Virus record (IMG/VR): IMGVR_UViG_3300018022_000004
DNA from: a virus
Strand: one strand, 5' to 3'
Length of the DNA stretch: 64,000 bases
In this document: positions 28,246 through 38,105 of the stretch, one piece after another
How the letters are laid out: the number at the start of each line of letters is the position of its first letter
Position numbering within the stretch: position 1 is the stretch's first letter
The notes under the pieces: model-generated
The model's input: the letters and a program-made list of their open reading frames with translations, nothing else
Told to the model about the DNA's origin: nothing
Databases searched by the model: none
Position numbers and translations under genes: made by a program

Positions 28246-28597
28246 CAGGGAGAAGGTGCCCAGCAGGGAGAAGATGCCCCTGGCCGCATCCCTGCCGGGC
28301 AGGGTGAAGGTGCGCCTGCGCTACCTTACCTCCCAGCCCCGGCACCTCAGGAGCATGCTCCTGGCGCAGTACGGTGCCCAGCCCCCCTTCATAGAGGAGG
28401 CGTGCGTCCTCCTCCCCCACATGGCGGTGTTCCCCGTCCTGGAGTGCTTCCTGCCGACCTTCGAGGCCCTCAGGGAGGACAGCGCCGTTCCCCCGGACGC
28501 CCGCCTACAGGCGTTCGACATCCTCGACCGTGACGTCCTCACCCTCTCCTACGTCCCCTGAGGTATACTACATACTGACCGAAGGAAGGAGGGACTA

Positions 28598-28795
28598 ATG
28601 TCCATAGAGGCCCACCCAAACATCAATGCGGCAGGGTTCGCTACCGCCATCACCATAGGCCTGGGGGAATACCTGCGGGGTCCCGCAGGGTCCAACAAGG
28701 ACCATGGGGCGGCAGCGCTAGACCTCGTCAAGGACGACATCGTGGACTTTGTAGCCCTGGTATCGTCGAAGCTGGACGGGAGGTTCGGGACATGA
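28598..28795 (+). CDS. small hypothetical protein
   Basis: GGAGG SD; GGTATACT upstream. Confidence 0.55.
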   Translation: MSIEAHPNINAAGFATAITIGLGEYLRGPAGSNKDHGAAALDLVKDDIVDFVALVSSKLDGRFGT

Positions 28796-29091
28796 GCAGG
28801 CCGAGGCCGGGACCGCTCACAACCGACCAGCTCTGGAGCCTTGCCACGCTGCTCAAGCAGTGGCGGGAGCATATAGACCATAGCCTCAGGACGGTAGAGG
28901 GCAGGAGGTGGAGGAGGAAGAGCCTGCTTAACATCTACAAGAACTACAGGGGCATGGTCCGGGACTTCAGCCTTATCAACGCCCTGCGGGTGTCCGTCCT
29001 GGAGGCCCTTGAGATGGCCTACCTTATCAAGAGCATGGAGGAGAAGGATGGAAAAAGAGAAGGGACAGGCGGCCAAGGCAAGGGGCGCTGA
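28792..29091 (+). CDS. hypothetical protein
   Basis: ATGA overlap. Confidence 0.55.
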   Translation: MSRPRPGPLTTDQLWSLATLLKQWREHIDHSLRTVEGRRWRRKSLLNIYKNYRGMVRDFSLINALRVSVLEALEMAYLIKSMEEKDGKREGTGGQGKGR

Positions 29092-29356
29092 CACAGGCAT
29101 GACGCTGGACGAGGTAGGAAGGCTTATAGCCGAGGGGCCGGGCAGCCATGAGGTGCTCAGGAGGGTCACCGAGGAGTTCGGGGAGGATTCTGTGCCCTGG
29201 AACGTCCTGAACGCCGGGAGGGCATACGGGTGGAGCGCCGAGCGCACCCTCGGGGCGCTAGCCCTGTTCCTGTGCTGGCACCAGAGGGAGACCGGGCGGC
29301 TGCTGGACGAAGCCCGCTCCCTGTCGATGCTGCCTGTCATCCCTCCAGGGCAGTAG
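29048..29356 (+). CDS. hypothetical protein
   Basis: 102 aa. Confidence 0.5.
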   Translation: MEKEKGQAAKARGADTGMTLDEVGRLIAEGPGSHEVLRRVTEEFGEDSVPWNVLNAGRAYGWSAERTLGALALFLCWHQRETGRLLDEARSLSMLPVIPPGQ

Positions 29357-29359
29357 GCC

Positions 29360-30715
29360 CTAGTTGTACAGCGGCACCCAGTACGGGAGGCCGAGCACGC
29401 TGGTCTGGCCATACCCGACCAGCGTCATCCCCCCCGTATAGCCAGTGAAGTCCGTAAAGTCCGGCCCGGTGTCCCCCGTATAGCCTGTGTAGCCTGTGTA
29501 GCCTGTGTAGCCGGTATAGCCCGTAAAGTTCCCCGGCCCCGTATATCCGGTGTACCCTGTATAGCCGGTGTAGCCAGAATACCCGGTGTAGCCTGTGTCG
29601 CCCTGCGGACCGTCGCTAGGCCCGGTATACCCAGTAGGCCCCAGGGGGCTGAAGATTACAGCGAGCTGGTCACCGTTGGACGGCAGTGCGCCCGACTGGT
29701 AGGACACGGACACGTGGGCAACGCCAGGCACAGGATAGGTTGCGCCCGTGGTCGTGAAGACCATGAAGGCCGGGTCCGTGTTGGAATTGCCCTCTATCCT
29801 TACTGTCCCAGGGCCCCAACTTAGGATATCGTTGAGGTGGTCAACGCCGTAGACATCGTACTCATCCATGTAGATGTTCGCTGCGGAGGCAGGGTCCGTG
29901 TTGTCCAGGCGCAGCATGCCCGCCGACATCCCTGTATCGACGGTGCCCGTGTCGAAGTAGTACCTCAACCCGCCCTTGTCGCCCTGCGGTCCCGTGTAGC
30001 CCGTGTATCCCGAATAGCCAGTATCCCCGCTATACCCGGTATATCCCGTGTAGCCAGAGTAGCCGGTGAAGTTCCCAGGCCCGGTGTATCCCGTATACCC
30101 TGAGTAGCCTGTGTAGCCGCTATAACCGGAATATCCTGTATCTCCGGCATCCCCCTTCTCTCCAGTATATCCCGTATACCCTGTGTACCCGCTATAGCCG
30201 GTAAAGCTGCCAGGGCCGGTATACCCGGTGTAGCCTGAGTACCCAGAGTACCCGGTGTAGCCGGTGTAGCCTGTGTCCTCGGTATCCCCCTTCTCTCCCG
30301 TATAGCCGGTATATCCAGTGTACCCGCTATAGCCCGTGAAGCTGCCTGGGCCGGTGTACCCTGTGTAGCCGCTGTAGCCCGTGAAGTTCCCAGGGCCAGT
30401 GTACCCGGTGTAGCCCGAGTAACCTGAATAGCCGGTCTCTCCCGTATAGCCGGAATACCCAGTGTAGCCGCTGTAGCCGGTGAAGTTCCCAGGCCCAGTG
30501 TAGCCGGTGTAGCCGGAATAGCCCGAGTAGCCCGAGTAGCCTGTGTAGCCCGTCGAGCCGGTGGAGGAGGCACCCCCGTGGGGACCGGTATACCCCGTAT
30601 ACCCGGTCGGGCCGGGGGTCGAGTCCAATATCTCCTAGTTGGTGTTGTACTCCAGGTGCTCCTGGTCCTCATAGCGGGACAGGACGAGTCCGAGGTTAGG
30701 CGTGGTGTCAGGCAT
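29360..30715 (-). CDS. Gly-Tyr-Thr/Ser collagen-like repeat protein (fibre-like) with in-frame TAG at codon 27
   Basis: ATG 30715: [40 protein letters not shown](YTG)n, all in one frame. Confidence 0.7.
29475..30620 (-). repeat. (GYT/GYS)n triplet repeats with GPGNF/GPGSF/GEKGD spacers
   Basis: Visible 9-nt periodicity; two repeat blocks flank a non-repeat domain. Confidence 0.9.
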
Positions 30716-30773
30716 AGAATCTCTCCCTATGTAAAGGGTGGAAAGTCGTTCTTTCCGGATGGTATTAGGCAGC

Positions 30774-31259
30774 ATGGGCGACGAGAGGACTACCGACACG
30801 GGCTTCAAGAAGATAGAGGCAAAGGACACCGTCTACAAGACGGGGGCCACCAGGGACTCCAGGCGGGGGAAGGGCAGGCTCGTATGGATGCCGTGGGACG
30901 CCCTGTTCTGCATAAGCCGGATATACGAGGAGGGCAACCTCGGGCGGGGGTGGAGGAACTGGGAGGCCGGGATGCCCGTCGAGGACCTGCTCGACAGCAG
31001 CATCCGGCACCTTACCCAGCACGTCTCCGGGCACCGCAGCGAGCCGCACCTCTCCCAGGGGTGCTGGAACGCCATCAACGCCCTCCAGATGTCCATATGG
31101 ATATGGGAGGGGCTGAGGGACCCGGAGCTGGGCAGGCTCCCCGACCACCGGCACCTGTGGAAGCCCGGCGACCCCTATCCCTCCCCGCTGTCGGAGCCTG
31201 AGGAGAAGTGGCTGAGGGCCGTGGGGGTAAGGCCCGTGGGAGAGGCAGGCCAGGCATGA
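30774..31259 (+). CDS. dATP/dGTP diphosphohydrolase-like protein (DUF5664 type)
   Basis: TGATRD...KGR...YEEG...RNWEAG...RH...HL...WN. Confidence 0.8.
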   Translation: MGDERTTDTGFKKIEAKDTVYKTGATRDSRRGKGRLVWMPWDALFCISRIYEEGNLGRGWRNWEAGMPVEDLLDSSIRHLTQHVSGHRSEPHLSQGCWNAINALQMSIWIWEGLRDPELGRLPDHRHLWKPGDPYPSPLSEPEEKWLRAVGVRPVGEAGQA

Positions 31260-31564
31260 TAGAGCTTATCTACCTTGAGGAGGCTGAGCCGCAGGAGCCA
31301 GTCAGGGAGGCCATACTCCAGGAGTTCCCCGGGGCCACCTTCGAGGATGCCTCGGACTTCGTCCATACCAACAGGCTCCAGGTCGAGATTCCAGGAGAGG
31401 GGGGCGAGGAGACAGAGCGTGCGTTCTTCCGGCTGGCAGCACAGGAGGGGTTCGCCCTGTGCTGCCTGGGCATACAGCTCTCCCTCAGGGAGGGCAAGGC
31501 CTGGGTAAAGGAGGAACTCGACTGCCTGAGGGCAGCAAGGCAGCAGGCTCCTGAGGAGAAGTGA
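31256..31564 (+). CDS. hypothetical protein
   Basis: ATGA overlap. Confidence 0.55.
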   Translation: MIELIYLEEAEPQEPVREAILQEFPGATFEDASDFVHTNRLQVEIPGEGGEETERAFFRLAAQEGFALCCLGIQLSLREGKAWVKEELDCLRAARQQAPEEK

Positions 31565-31906
31565 AATGACGGAAGGGCAGGCCGGAAGGGCGGTAGATAG
31601 AATCATAAGCACCCTCCCTGCCTGGGAAGAGGCAGAGACGGACCTGTACAGGGACAGCGTGCAGGCCGGAATCCGGGAGTACTGGAAGAGGGCCATCCTG
31701 GAGGAGGCCGGGAAGGGGGAAGGGTGTCCTGCCGAAACGGGGACAAGAGCAGGTTCGGCCGGCAGCGCAAGCAGCGCCTCGCCCGGCTGCTGAAGGACAG
31801 GAAGGCCAGGAAGAATGCGCTAGCGGCCCCTATTAGTAGAGGTCAGCAATGACGGTCAAGCCAATCGACGGAGGCGTGGGACGATGACATAGGGAGGTAA
31901 AGCCCA

Positions 31907-32260
31907 ATGTCTCGTTCGTACCGCAGGCCCTACTGCGCCGTGTGCGGGGTAGGGACGTCCGCCAAGGAAGACAAGGTACTGGCCCACCGTGGGGTCCGCA
32001 GGGTGCATAACCACCTTGTGCGCCTGATGCTGAAGGACCCGTGCCTCAATATCCCCCTCCCCCACTTCCGTAGCTGCCCCTGGAACAACGTCTATAGCTG
32101 GAGCCGTGACGGCCACCAGCGCCTATGCGTCCCCACCGCCCGTGACTGGGACCGCCACATGAAGGCCGTCCTGGGCATCGGCTACGAGGCGTCCAAGTGG
32201 GGGAGAAGGTTCTACCTCCCCTGGCCCCCGCCCTGGTACGCAGAGTACTGCCGCAAGTAG
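31907..32260 (+). CDS. basic hypothetical protein (MSRSYRRP type)
   Basis: GGAGG SD; Arg/Lys-rich. Confidence 0.6.
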   Translation: MSRSYRRPYCAVCGVGTSAKEDKVLAHRGVRRVHNHLVRLMLKDPCLNIPLPHFRSCPWNNVYSWSRDGHQRLCVPTARDWDRHMKAVLGIGYEASKWGRRFYLPWPPPWYAEYCRK

Positions 32261-32307
32261 GGTATAATGACGACAAGAGGGTATAATAGCAGCAGGAGGG
32301 CATCCAT

Positions 32308-32577
32308 ATGGAGGAGCCTATCGTAGTCCCTGTAGCCAGGGAGCTGTACCTGCCCATCGTCAGGGCCAGGGCATTGCTGGAGGAGGCCAGGAGGACGGTC
32401 ACCGAGGCCGAGAAGAACCTCGGCCTGCAAGAGGCCGCCCTGTTCGGCACGCTTGCCCCCGGCAAGGTCAAGGACTACAACGAGAAGCACCAGTATGGGA
32501 CCTCGTCGAGCCGCTATGTCGGCGAGCTGACCGAGGACGGCAGGTTCATGGTGTTCAGGATTACCTATGACCACTAG
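32308..32577 (+). CDS. hypothetical protein
   Basis: Two GGGTATAAT boxes upstream; SD. Confidence 0.6.
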   Translation: MEEPIVVPVARELYLPIVRARALLEEARRTVTEAEKNLGLQEAALFGTLAPGKVKDYNEKHQYGTSSSRYVGELTEDGRFMVFRITYDH

Positions 32578-32971
32578 GATAGACGAGGAGACGGCCGCCA
32601 GGCAGTGGAGGCTCTGCCCCTGGTGCGGGGGGGACGGCTGCGGCGGCGCTGGCCGCCTGCTCCTCAGGGTGCTCCCCCTCGGGGTATCGTGCCCCGCCTT
32701 CAGGGAGGGGAAGGCCCCCCCGATGGTCCCCAGGGAGCGGCTGGAGCACGGGGCGTACTACCACGGCATATGCCGGAACGCCACCGTAGCTAGGTGGGAC
32801 GCCGAGAGGCAGGAGTTCGTCCACTGGCGGACCAAGTTCCACGACGTGTTCCTGGAGACGATAGGCTACTGGGTGGACGCCCAGCCGGGCGAGCAGCGCT
32901 TCGACGAGTTCCGGCCCTTCGGCAAGGTAGAGGACCCCCCCTTCGAGATTCCCCTGGCCACGAAGGGATAG
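32567..32971 (+). CDS. hypothetical protein
   Basis: 134 aa. Confidence 0.55.
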   Translation: MTTRIDEETAARQWRLCPWCGGDGCGGAGRLLLRVLPLGVSCPAFREGKAPPMVPRERLEHGAYYHGICRNATVARWDAERQEFVHWRTKFHDVFLETIGYWVDAQPGEQRFDEFRPFGKVEDPPFEIPLATKG

Positions 32972-32986
32972 GCCCGAGGAGGAGCA

Positions 32987-33379
32987 ATGGCAGCACATAT
33001 CGACACCCTGACGGTCCTTGCCGTAGCGGGGTGCCTGTTCGTCCTGGTGAGGATGGCCCAGAAGGCGAGGAAGGTGTTCCTCCACGACCCCAGGAAGCCT
33101 GCCAAGTACAGGCTCGTGCCCCGCAGCGTCATCGCCTACCGCTGGCTCGGGCAGGAGACCCCGGACATATGCCACAGCACGGACTGCTTCGGCCTTGCCG
33201 ACCCCCACATACACCAGCCCGACAGCACCTTCAAGGTGGTAGAGGGCGGGCAGTGGGTGTGCCGGGACTGCATCGAGGGCGACGAGGCGGGCAGGCTGAT
33301 GGCAGGGGAGAGCGTCTCCAGGAAGGCGTGGGTGGCGGACGACATATGGTTCGCCGAGAACTACCAGCCAGGCGAATAA
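32987..33379 (+). CDS. hypothetical protein with N-terminal TM helix
   Basis: GGAGG SD. Confidence 0.6.
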   Translation: MAAHIDTLTVLAVAGCLFVLVRMAQKARKVFLHDPRKPAKYRLVPRSVIAYRWLGQETPDICHSTDCFGLADPHIHQPDSTFKVVEGGQWVCRDCIEGDEAGRLMAGESVSRKAWVADDIWFAENYQPGE

Positions 33380-33454
33380 ACCCCCGCAGGGCAGGGGAAT
33401 CCGGTGTATACTCCAGGTGGAGTAGAATAGGTCTGTCCCTGGGAGGATGATACG

Positions 33455-34108
33455 ATGTACAGAATAACATGGTTCGCACTTGGGTTCATTGCCTACGGGC
33501 TGCTGGAGCTTGCCGCAGTGGCCATCATATCCCGCTACTTCCCCGATGCCATCCGGAGGCTGCAACGGATAGGCGACTCCCTCTACCAGGCCTTCCGCCA
33601 GAAGGACGGCCCCGACACCGAGACCGACGACACGGAAGGCAACGGGGAGGGCGAGTACGAGTACGAGGAGGAGGGGCCTGAGGGATGCACCTGCCCCCTC
33701 TGTACCGACGACGCCGACTATGCCCCCGGCACCACGGTAGCATACCAGGACCCCGACCCCGACGCCTACGGGGCGCTGAAAGGCACTGTCCTTGACCCGC
33801 CCCTGGGAGACGTCTACAGCATAGACGACGGCAGCAAGCACACCCGGTCCGTCCTGGCCGACAATATCGCCCCCTGCCCTGACGGCGGAATCATACCCGA
33901 GGGCACCCCTGTGACCTTCTACCCCCCCACCATGGGCCCTGCCGTACAGGAGGGCATCACCTACCGGGCACGGGTGTTCCAGAAGACCCTGTGGTACCTT
34001 GTCGAGTACGGCGTGGACGGCGACGTGAAGCAGGAGTGCGTGGCCGCAAAGGATGTAAAGCCCCTCGTCGGGATTACCGGCACGTCTGCGAAGGCTGACA
34101 AGGCATGA
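33455..34108 (+). CDS. membrane-anchored acidic protein
   Basis: N-terminal TM helix; acidic linker. Confidence 0.65.
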   Translation: MYRITWFALGFIAYGLLELAAVAIISRYFPDAIRRLQRIGDSLYQAFRQKDGPDTETDDTEGNGEGEYEYEEEGPEGCTCPLCTDDADYAPGTTVAYQDPDPDAYGALKGTVLDPPLGDVYSIDDGSKHTRSVLADNIAPCPDGGIIPEGTPVTFYPPTMGPAVQEGITYRARVFQKTLWYLVEYGVDGDVKQECVAAKDVKPLVGITGTSAKADKA

Positions 34109-34248
34109 AGTGCAACTGCGGAATGTGCAAGCCGAGGCTCCCCGTCCTCGGGAAGGAAGGGAAGAGGGCCTACCCAGGCCCCGTAGAGCGGAGCCTGTCC
34201 GTGCAGGGATGGCTCCCCCTTACGTTCAGGAAGTCGAGAGGATGACGC

Positions 34249-35319
34249 ATGCGCTACTACCCGGACATGGAGGACAAGTACGACCGTGAGGAGGTCGAGG
34301 AGATGGGGGCGAAGCGGTGGATGCTGAACGCCCTCAGGTTCAACCCCTCCTACATGGGGTGGGGGCCCTTCGAGGACTACATGGCGCAGCGCCCCGGCGA
34401 GGACCACGGGTGGGCGACCAACACGTTCATAGGGGACTGGCCCTCCTTCAAGTGGCAGCCCAACGACCTCAACGTCATCGCCAACTTCTACTTCCACATA
34501 GACCGAGACAGCAGGCCTTGCGAGGCCTGCGGCGGCAAGGGCATCGGCCCCGACGCACAGTGGGTGTACAATAGCTGGTACAGGCACACCAGCCCCTTCT
34601 ACCAGCGGGGCTACGAGGACCTGAGGGTCAAGGCGTTCATGGAGCGCATCTGCGGCGGCCCCTCCCCGGACGGCATAGTGAAGGCAGGGCAGGCCCTTGC
34701 GCCCCATACCACCCCCGGCCTCTCCAGCAGCAACTACAACGACCCAAAGCTGAAAGCGATGGTTGACAGGTACGGCAAGCCGTTCGAGGACCACGTGTTC
34801 TATACCGTCCAGAACGGCGGCGAGTGGTGTACCGCCCTGACCCAGGACGAGGTCGATGCCCTGTGGGAGGGCAAGCGCCTGGGCCTCCAGTTCACGGAGA
34901 AGCCGACCGCCGAGCAGGTCAACCTCATGGCCAAGAAAGGCCCGATGCTCCACGACGGCATCAACATGTCCATCTGCTGCGAGCAGCGCTGCAAGCGGCT
35001 GGGCATCCCCGTCCCCTGCACGGAGTGCAAGGGCAACGGGTACATCTACACCGTGCCCGAGCCACGCCTGGAGCTTGTCCTGTGGGTGCTCCATCCACGG
35101 AAGGGCTGCGGGCGGGCGGTGGTGGTCAAGAGTATCAAGGAGGAGGAGGTCCGGCTGGCGATGGCCTTCCTCAAGAAGTGCTATGCCAGCTTCACCAAGG
35201 ACATCTGGAAGCGTGTGCTGACATGGCCCAGGCTGCCGAAGCCGAAGGCCGGAAAGAGGACAAAGGATGGGAAGGGGAGGAAGGGCAAGGGGAAGAGGGG
35301 CAGGCCCCCCAAGGCCTGA
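34249..35319 (+). CDS. hypothetical protein with DnaJ-like CxxCxGxG zinc-finger repeats and basic tail
   Basis: CEACGGKG and CTECKGNG. Confidence 0.7.
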   Translation: MRYYPDMEDKYDREEVEEMGAKRWMLNALRFNPSYMGWGPFEDYMAQRPGEDHGWATNTFIGDWPSFKWQPNDLNVIANFYFHIDRDSRPCEACGGKGIGPDAQWVYNSWYRHTSPFYQRGYEDLRVKAFMERICGGPSPDGIVKAGQALAPHTTPGLSSSNYNDPKLKAMVDRYGKPFEDHVFYTVQNGGEWCTALTQDEVDALWEGKRLGLQFTEKPTAEQVNLMAKKGPMLHDGINMSICCEQRCKRLGIPVPCTECKGNGYIYTVPEPRLELVLWVLHPRKGCGRAVVVKSIKEEEVRLAMAFLKKCYASFTKDIWKRVLTWPRLPKPKAGKRTKDGKGRKGKGKRGRPPKA

Positions 35320-35347
35320 GGAGGGCGAGAAGACTATAACCTGCCCT

Positions 35348-35485
35348 ATGTGCGGCTCCACGTACCCGGAAAGGGAGCCGGAGGCACCGTACACGTGCAT
35401 GGAGTGCGGCGGGGAAGGGCTGGACTGCTGCGTGCCGGGCAACAATGCCATATGCGTGAACTGTGAGGAGCGGGGGGATGGATAG
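35348..35485 (+). CDS. small Cys-rich protein, paralog of the N-terminus at 35657
   Basis: TCMECGGEGLDCCVPG...CVNC. Confidence 0.45.
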   Translation: MCGSTYPEREPEAPYTCMECGGEGLDCCVPGNNAICVNCEERGDG

Positions 35486-35656
35486 TAGCCTGCTGGCAGG
35501 ACTTTCGGAGGGGGCCGAGGTCACCGCCGTGACCCCGAACGGGAGTGGGGACTGGGCCTACGTGGAGTACGTGGACAGGGACGGCACCAAGCACTGCCGT
35601 GGGGTATGCACGTGCGGGGGGGCCTGCCCGTGCCACGGGAGGAAGGACTACTACTG

Positions 35657-35947
35657 ATGGAGCGCAAGTCGCCGTGGTGCCCCGCCTGCCTCGACTACAA
35701 AGGCGAGGAGAACGAGCTTCATACCTGCATAGAGTGCGGCATAAGGGGGTTCGCCTGCTGCGTCCCCGGCCCTGGGCAGCTCTGCGTGAACTGCTACGAG
35801 GGGAAGAAAGGGGCAAGGGGGACAGGCATCAGGGTATCGGAGCTTGTCAGGAGGGTAACATTCTTCAGGAGGCAGCGGGCCATGCTCCTGGGGATGGCGG
35901 ACGACCACTCGTCCCCAACACAGGGGAGTTCCTGTCCAAGGCCCTGA
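35657..35947 (+). CDS. Cys-rich small protein
   Basis: TCIECGIRGFACCVPG...CVNC; TGATG coupling. Confidence 0.5.
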   Translation: MERKSPWCPACLDYKGEENELHTCIECGIRGFACCVPGPGQLCVNCYEGKKGARGTGIRVSELVRRVTFFRRQRAMLLGMADDHSSPTQGSSCPRP

Positions 35948-36339
35948 AGGACTCCTTCCTGGGCATGGGGGACAGCCAGTTCCACCGCATGCTGGGGGAG
36001 GGCACCGGCCGGCACGGCATCAGGAGGGCGCAGAGGGAAGAGTTCGGGTACGACGCCAAGGCCGGGATGCACATGATAAGGAGCATGCACGAGTGCCTGG
36101 AGCTTCTCAGGACCGGGCGCATGACCTTCCCACGCCCGGAGAGGCAGCTCCTCATCGACAACATCAGGACAGGGACGGTAGGGCTGAAGGACGTCCTGGA
36201 CCTCTACGGGCAGCTCAGGGCAGAGGTGGCGGGGGCCGCCGAGGCCTCCCCCCTCCCCCCGAGGTGCGACCGTGAGGCGGTAAGCCGCATCGTGGCGGAC
36301 GCCATGCTCAAGCACTGGAAGCAGAAGGGGTGGGTATAA
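35930..36339 (+). pseudogene. C-terminal remnant of a phage Pol-beta-like nucleotidyltransferase
   Basis: GYDAKAGMHMIR...ELLRTG.MTFPRPE tail present; catalytic GS..YG/DxD N-domain absent. Confidence 0.55.
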
Positions 36340-36569
36340 TGCCAGAGACGGAGAAGGGCAAGAAGGCAGCGCTGGCCGCCCTGGGGCAGCGTAGGAAGCA
36401 TAGGCCGGAGCGGGTTGACAACTCCAGCCTGTACGCAGGTTCGCCGATGTACTTCTACTGCATATCCTGCGGCGGGCTTGCGGACGTGCTGCCGGAGAGC
36501 TATATCGGCAGACCGAGTAGGCTCTGCAAGGAGTGCCAGACCCTCAAGGACCTGGGATGGCTGGAGTAG
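36330..36569 (+). CDS. small zinc-binding protein
   Basis: CISC...CKEC. Confidence 0.55.
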   Translation: MGIMPETEKGKKAALAALGQRRKHRPERVDNSSLYAGSPMYFYCISCGGLADVLPESYIGRPSRLCKECQTLKDLGWLE

Positions 36570-36582
36570 GGAGGGAAGCAGA

Positions 36583-38105
36583 ATGAGAGTCCACAACGTA
36601 AGGGTAACAACTCCTCCTCGACGCACTCCATAGTCCTGATGCCTCCAGGAAAGCTGCCCGAGATACAGACGGACGAGTACTGGGACTTCGGCTGGCAGCA
36701 CTTCACTGCGGCCGACCGTACCTCCAAGGAGAACTACCTGGGGTACCTCATCCACGGCACCCTCGTAGACCTCATCGGGGAGTCCAATGCCAACATCGTG
36801 ACCGACGCCCTGTTCGCCTCCTCCAGGGGCACTGGGGGAAGGTTCTCCGAGGCCCTGAGGCTCAACGGCTACGGCATAGACCACCAGAGCCGCCTCATAC
36901 TGCCGGCCAACTGGGACGGCAGGGGGGCGAACCTGGAGTTCTTCGAGGACTTCAGGAGGTACTTCCTGGAGAACCCTGTCGTCGTCCTGGGGGGCAACGA
37001 CAACGACGGCGACGAGCACCCCCTGGCAGGGGAGGGGAGGGGCATAGACTTTGGCCTCCCCGAGGACGGCTTCGCCACGCCAGACCTGGTGGCCAGGAAG
37101 GACACGGTGGACGGTACGGCCCACTGGGTCCTGTTCAACCGCAGGACAGGGGCCAAGGTCAGGCTGACCTTCGACAGCTACCCTGCCGAGAAGGTATCCC
37201 GCAACCCTGCCAACAAGGCGGCCGTGCAGGCGAGCAGGTTCATGCAGGGGCCACAGAAGCCCGTCCCCAAGGCAGAGGTGCCGGAGCTGGTGGACGTCAA
37301 GATAACCGGCTTCTGTCCGGCAGGGTGCAAGTTCTGCTACCAGGGGAGCGGTCCCAACGGGGTGCATGCCAAGACCCAGGACCTCTACTCCCTGGTATAC
37401 CGCCTGGCAGAGATGAGGGTATTTGAGGCGGCCCTGGGCGGCGGCGAGCCTACCCTCCACCCGGACTTCTCCGACATCCTCAAGAGCCTCAGGGGCCATG
37501 GCATCGTGCCCAACTTCTCTACCCGCAGCCTCGTGTGGCTGAGGCACAAGAACGCCGGGCAGATAGCAGAGACATGCGGCTCCTTCGCCTACTCCGTCAG
37601 CACGGGGAAGGACGTCAAGGCGCTGGAGAGGGCGCTGCACAGGGCCGGGCTGGACAGCCTCCTGGACGACCACGACAAGGTGGCGGTCCAGTATGTCCTG
37701 AACACGGGGGGGGACCTCTACGGCGTCCTGGAGGAGGCCAGGAAGAGCCTCAACTACACCAGGGTGACCATCCTGGGGTTCAAGCGTGCCGGCCTGGGAA
37801 AGGACTTCCAGGAAGTCCCCGAGGACTGGGTATCTACGGTAAGGAAGGTGCGCAAGGAGCATAGCTGCGTGCCCATCGGCGTGGACACGCTGGTGGTACA
37901 GCAGCACGGGGAGGAACTGAGGGGCAAGCTGGGCGTACAGGAGGCCCTGATGACCAGGGAGGAAGGCAAGTTCTCCATGTACATCGACGCCGTCAGCGGC
38001 ACGATGGGGCCGTCCTCCTACTGCGACCCATCCCTCATGGTCCCCCTGGTGGAGAAGGGCACCACGGAGGCCGACAGGATAAGGAGGGAGTTCCAGAAGT
38101 GGTGA
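36583..38105 (+). CDS. radical SAM protein with apparent 5' frameshift near 36604
   Basis: CPAGCKFC, GGGEPTLHP; MRVHNVR and NNSSSTHS lie in different frames. Confidence 0.8.

Noticed and set aside
29360-30620. CRISPR array or non-coding tandem repeat
   Set aside because: Triplet periodicity with synonymous variation and no unique spacers; it is coding.
32561-37907. Long minus-strand ORFs (e.g. 32561-33841, 33961-35451, 36204-37907) and similar ORFs elsewhere
   Set aside because: Antisense shadows of GC-rich plus-strand genes, with no motifs or SD.
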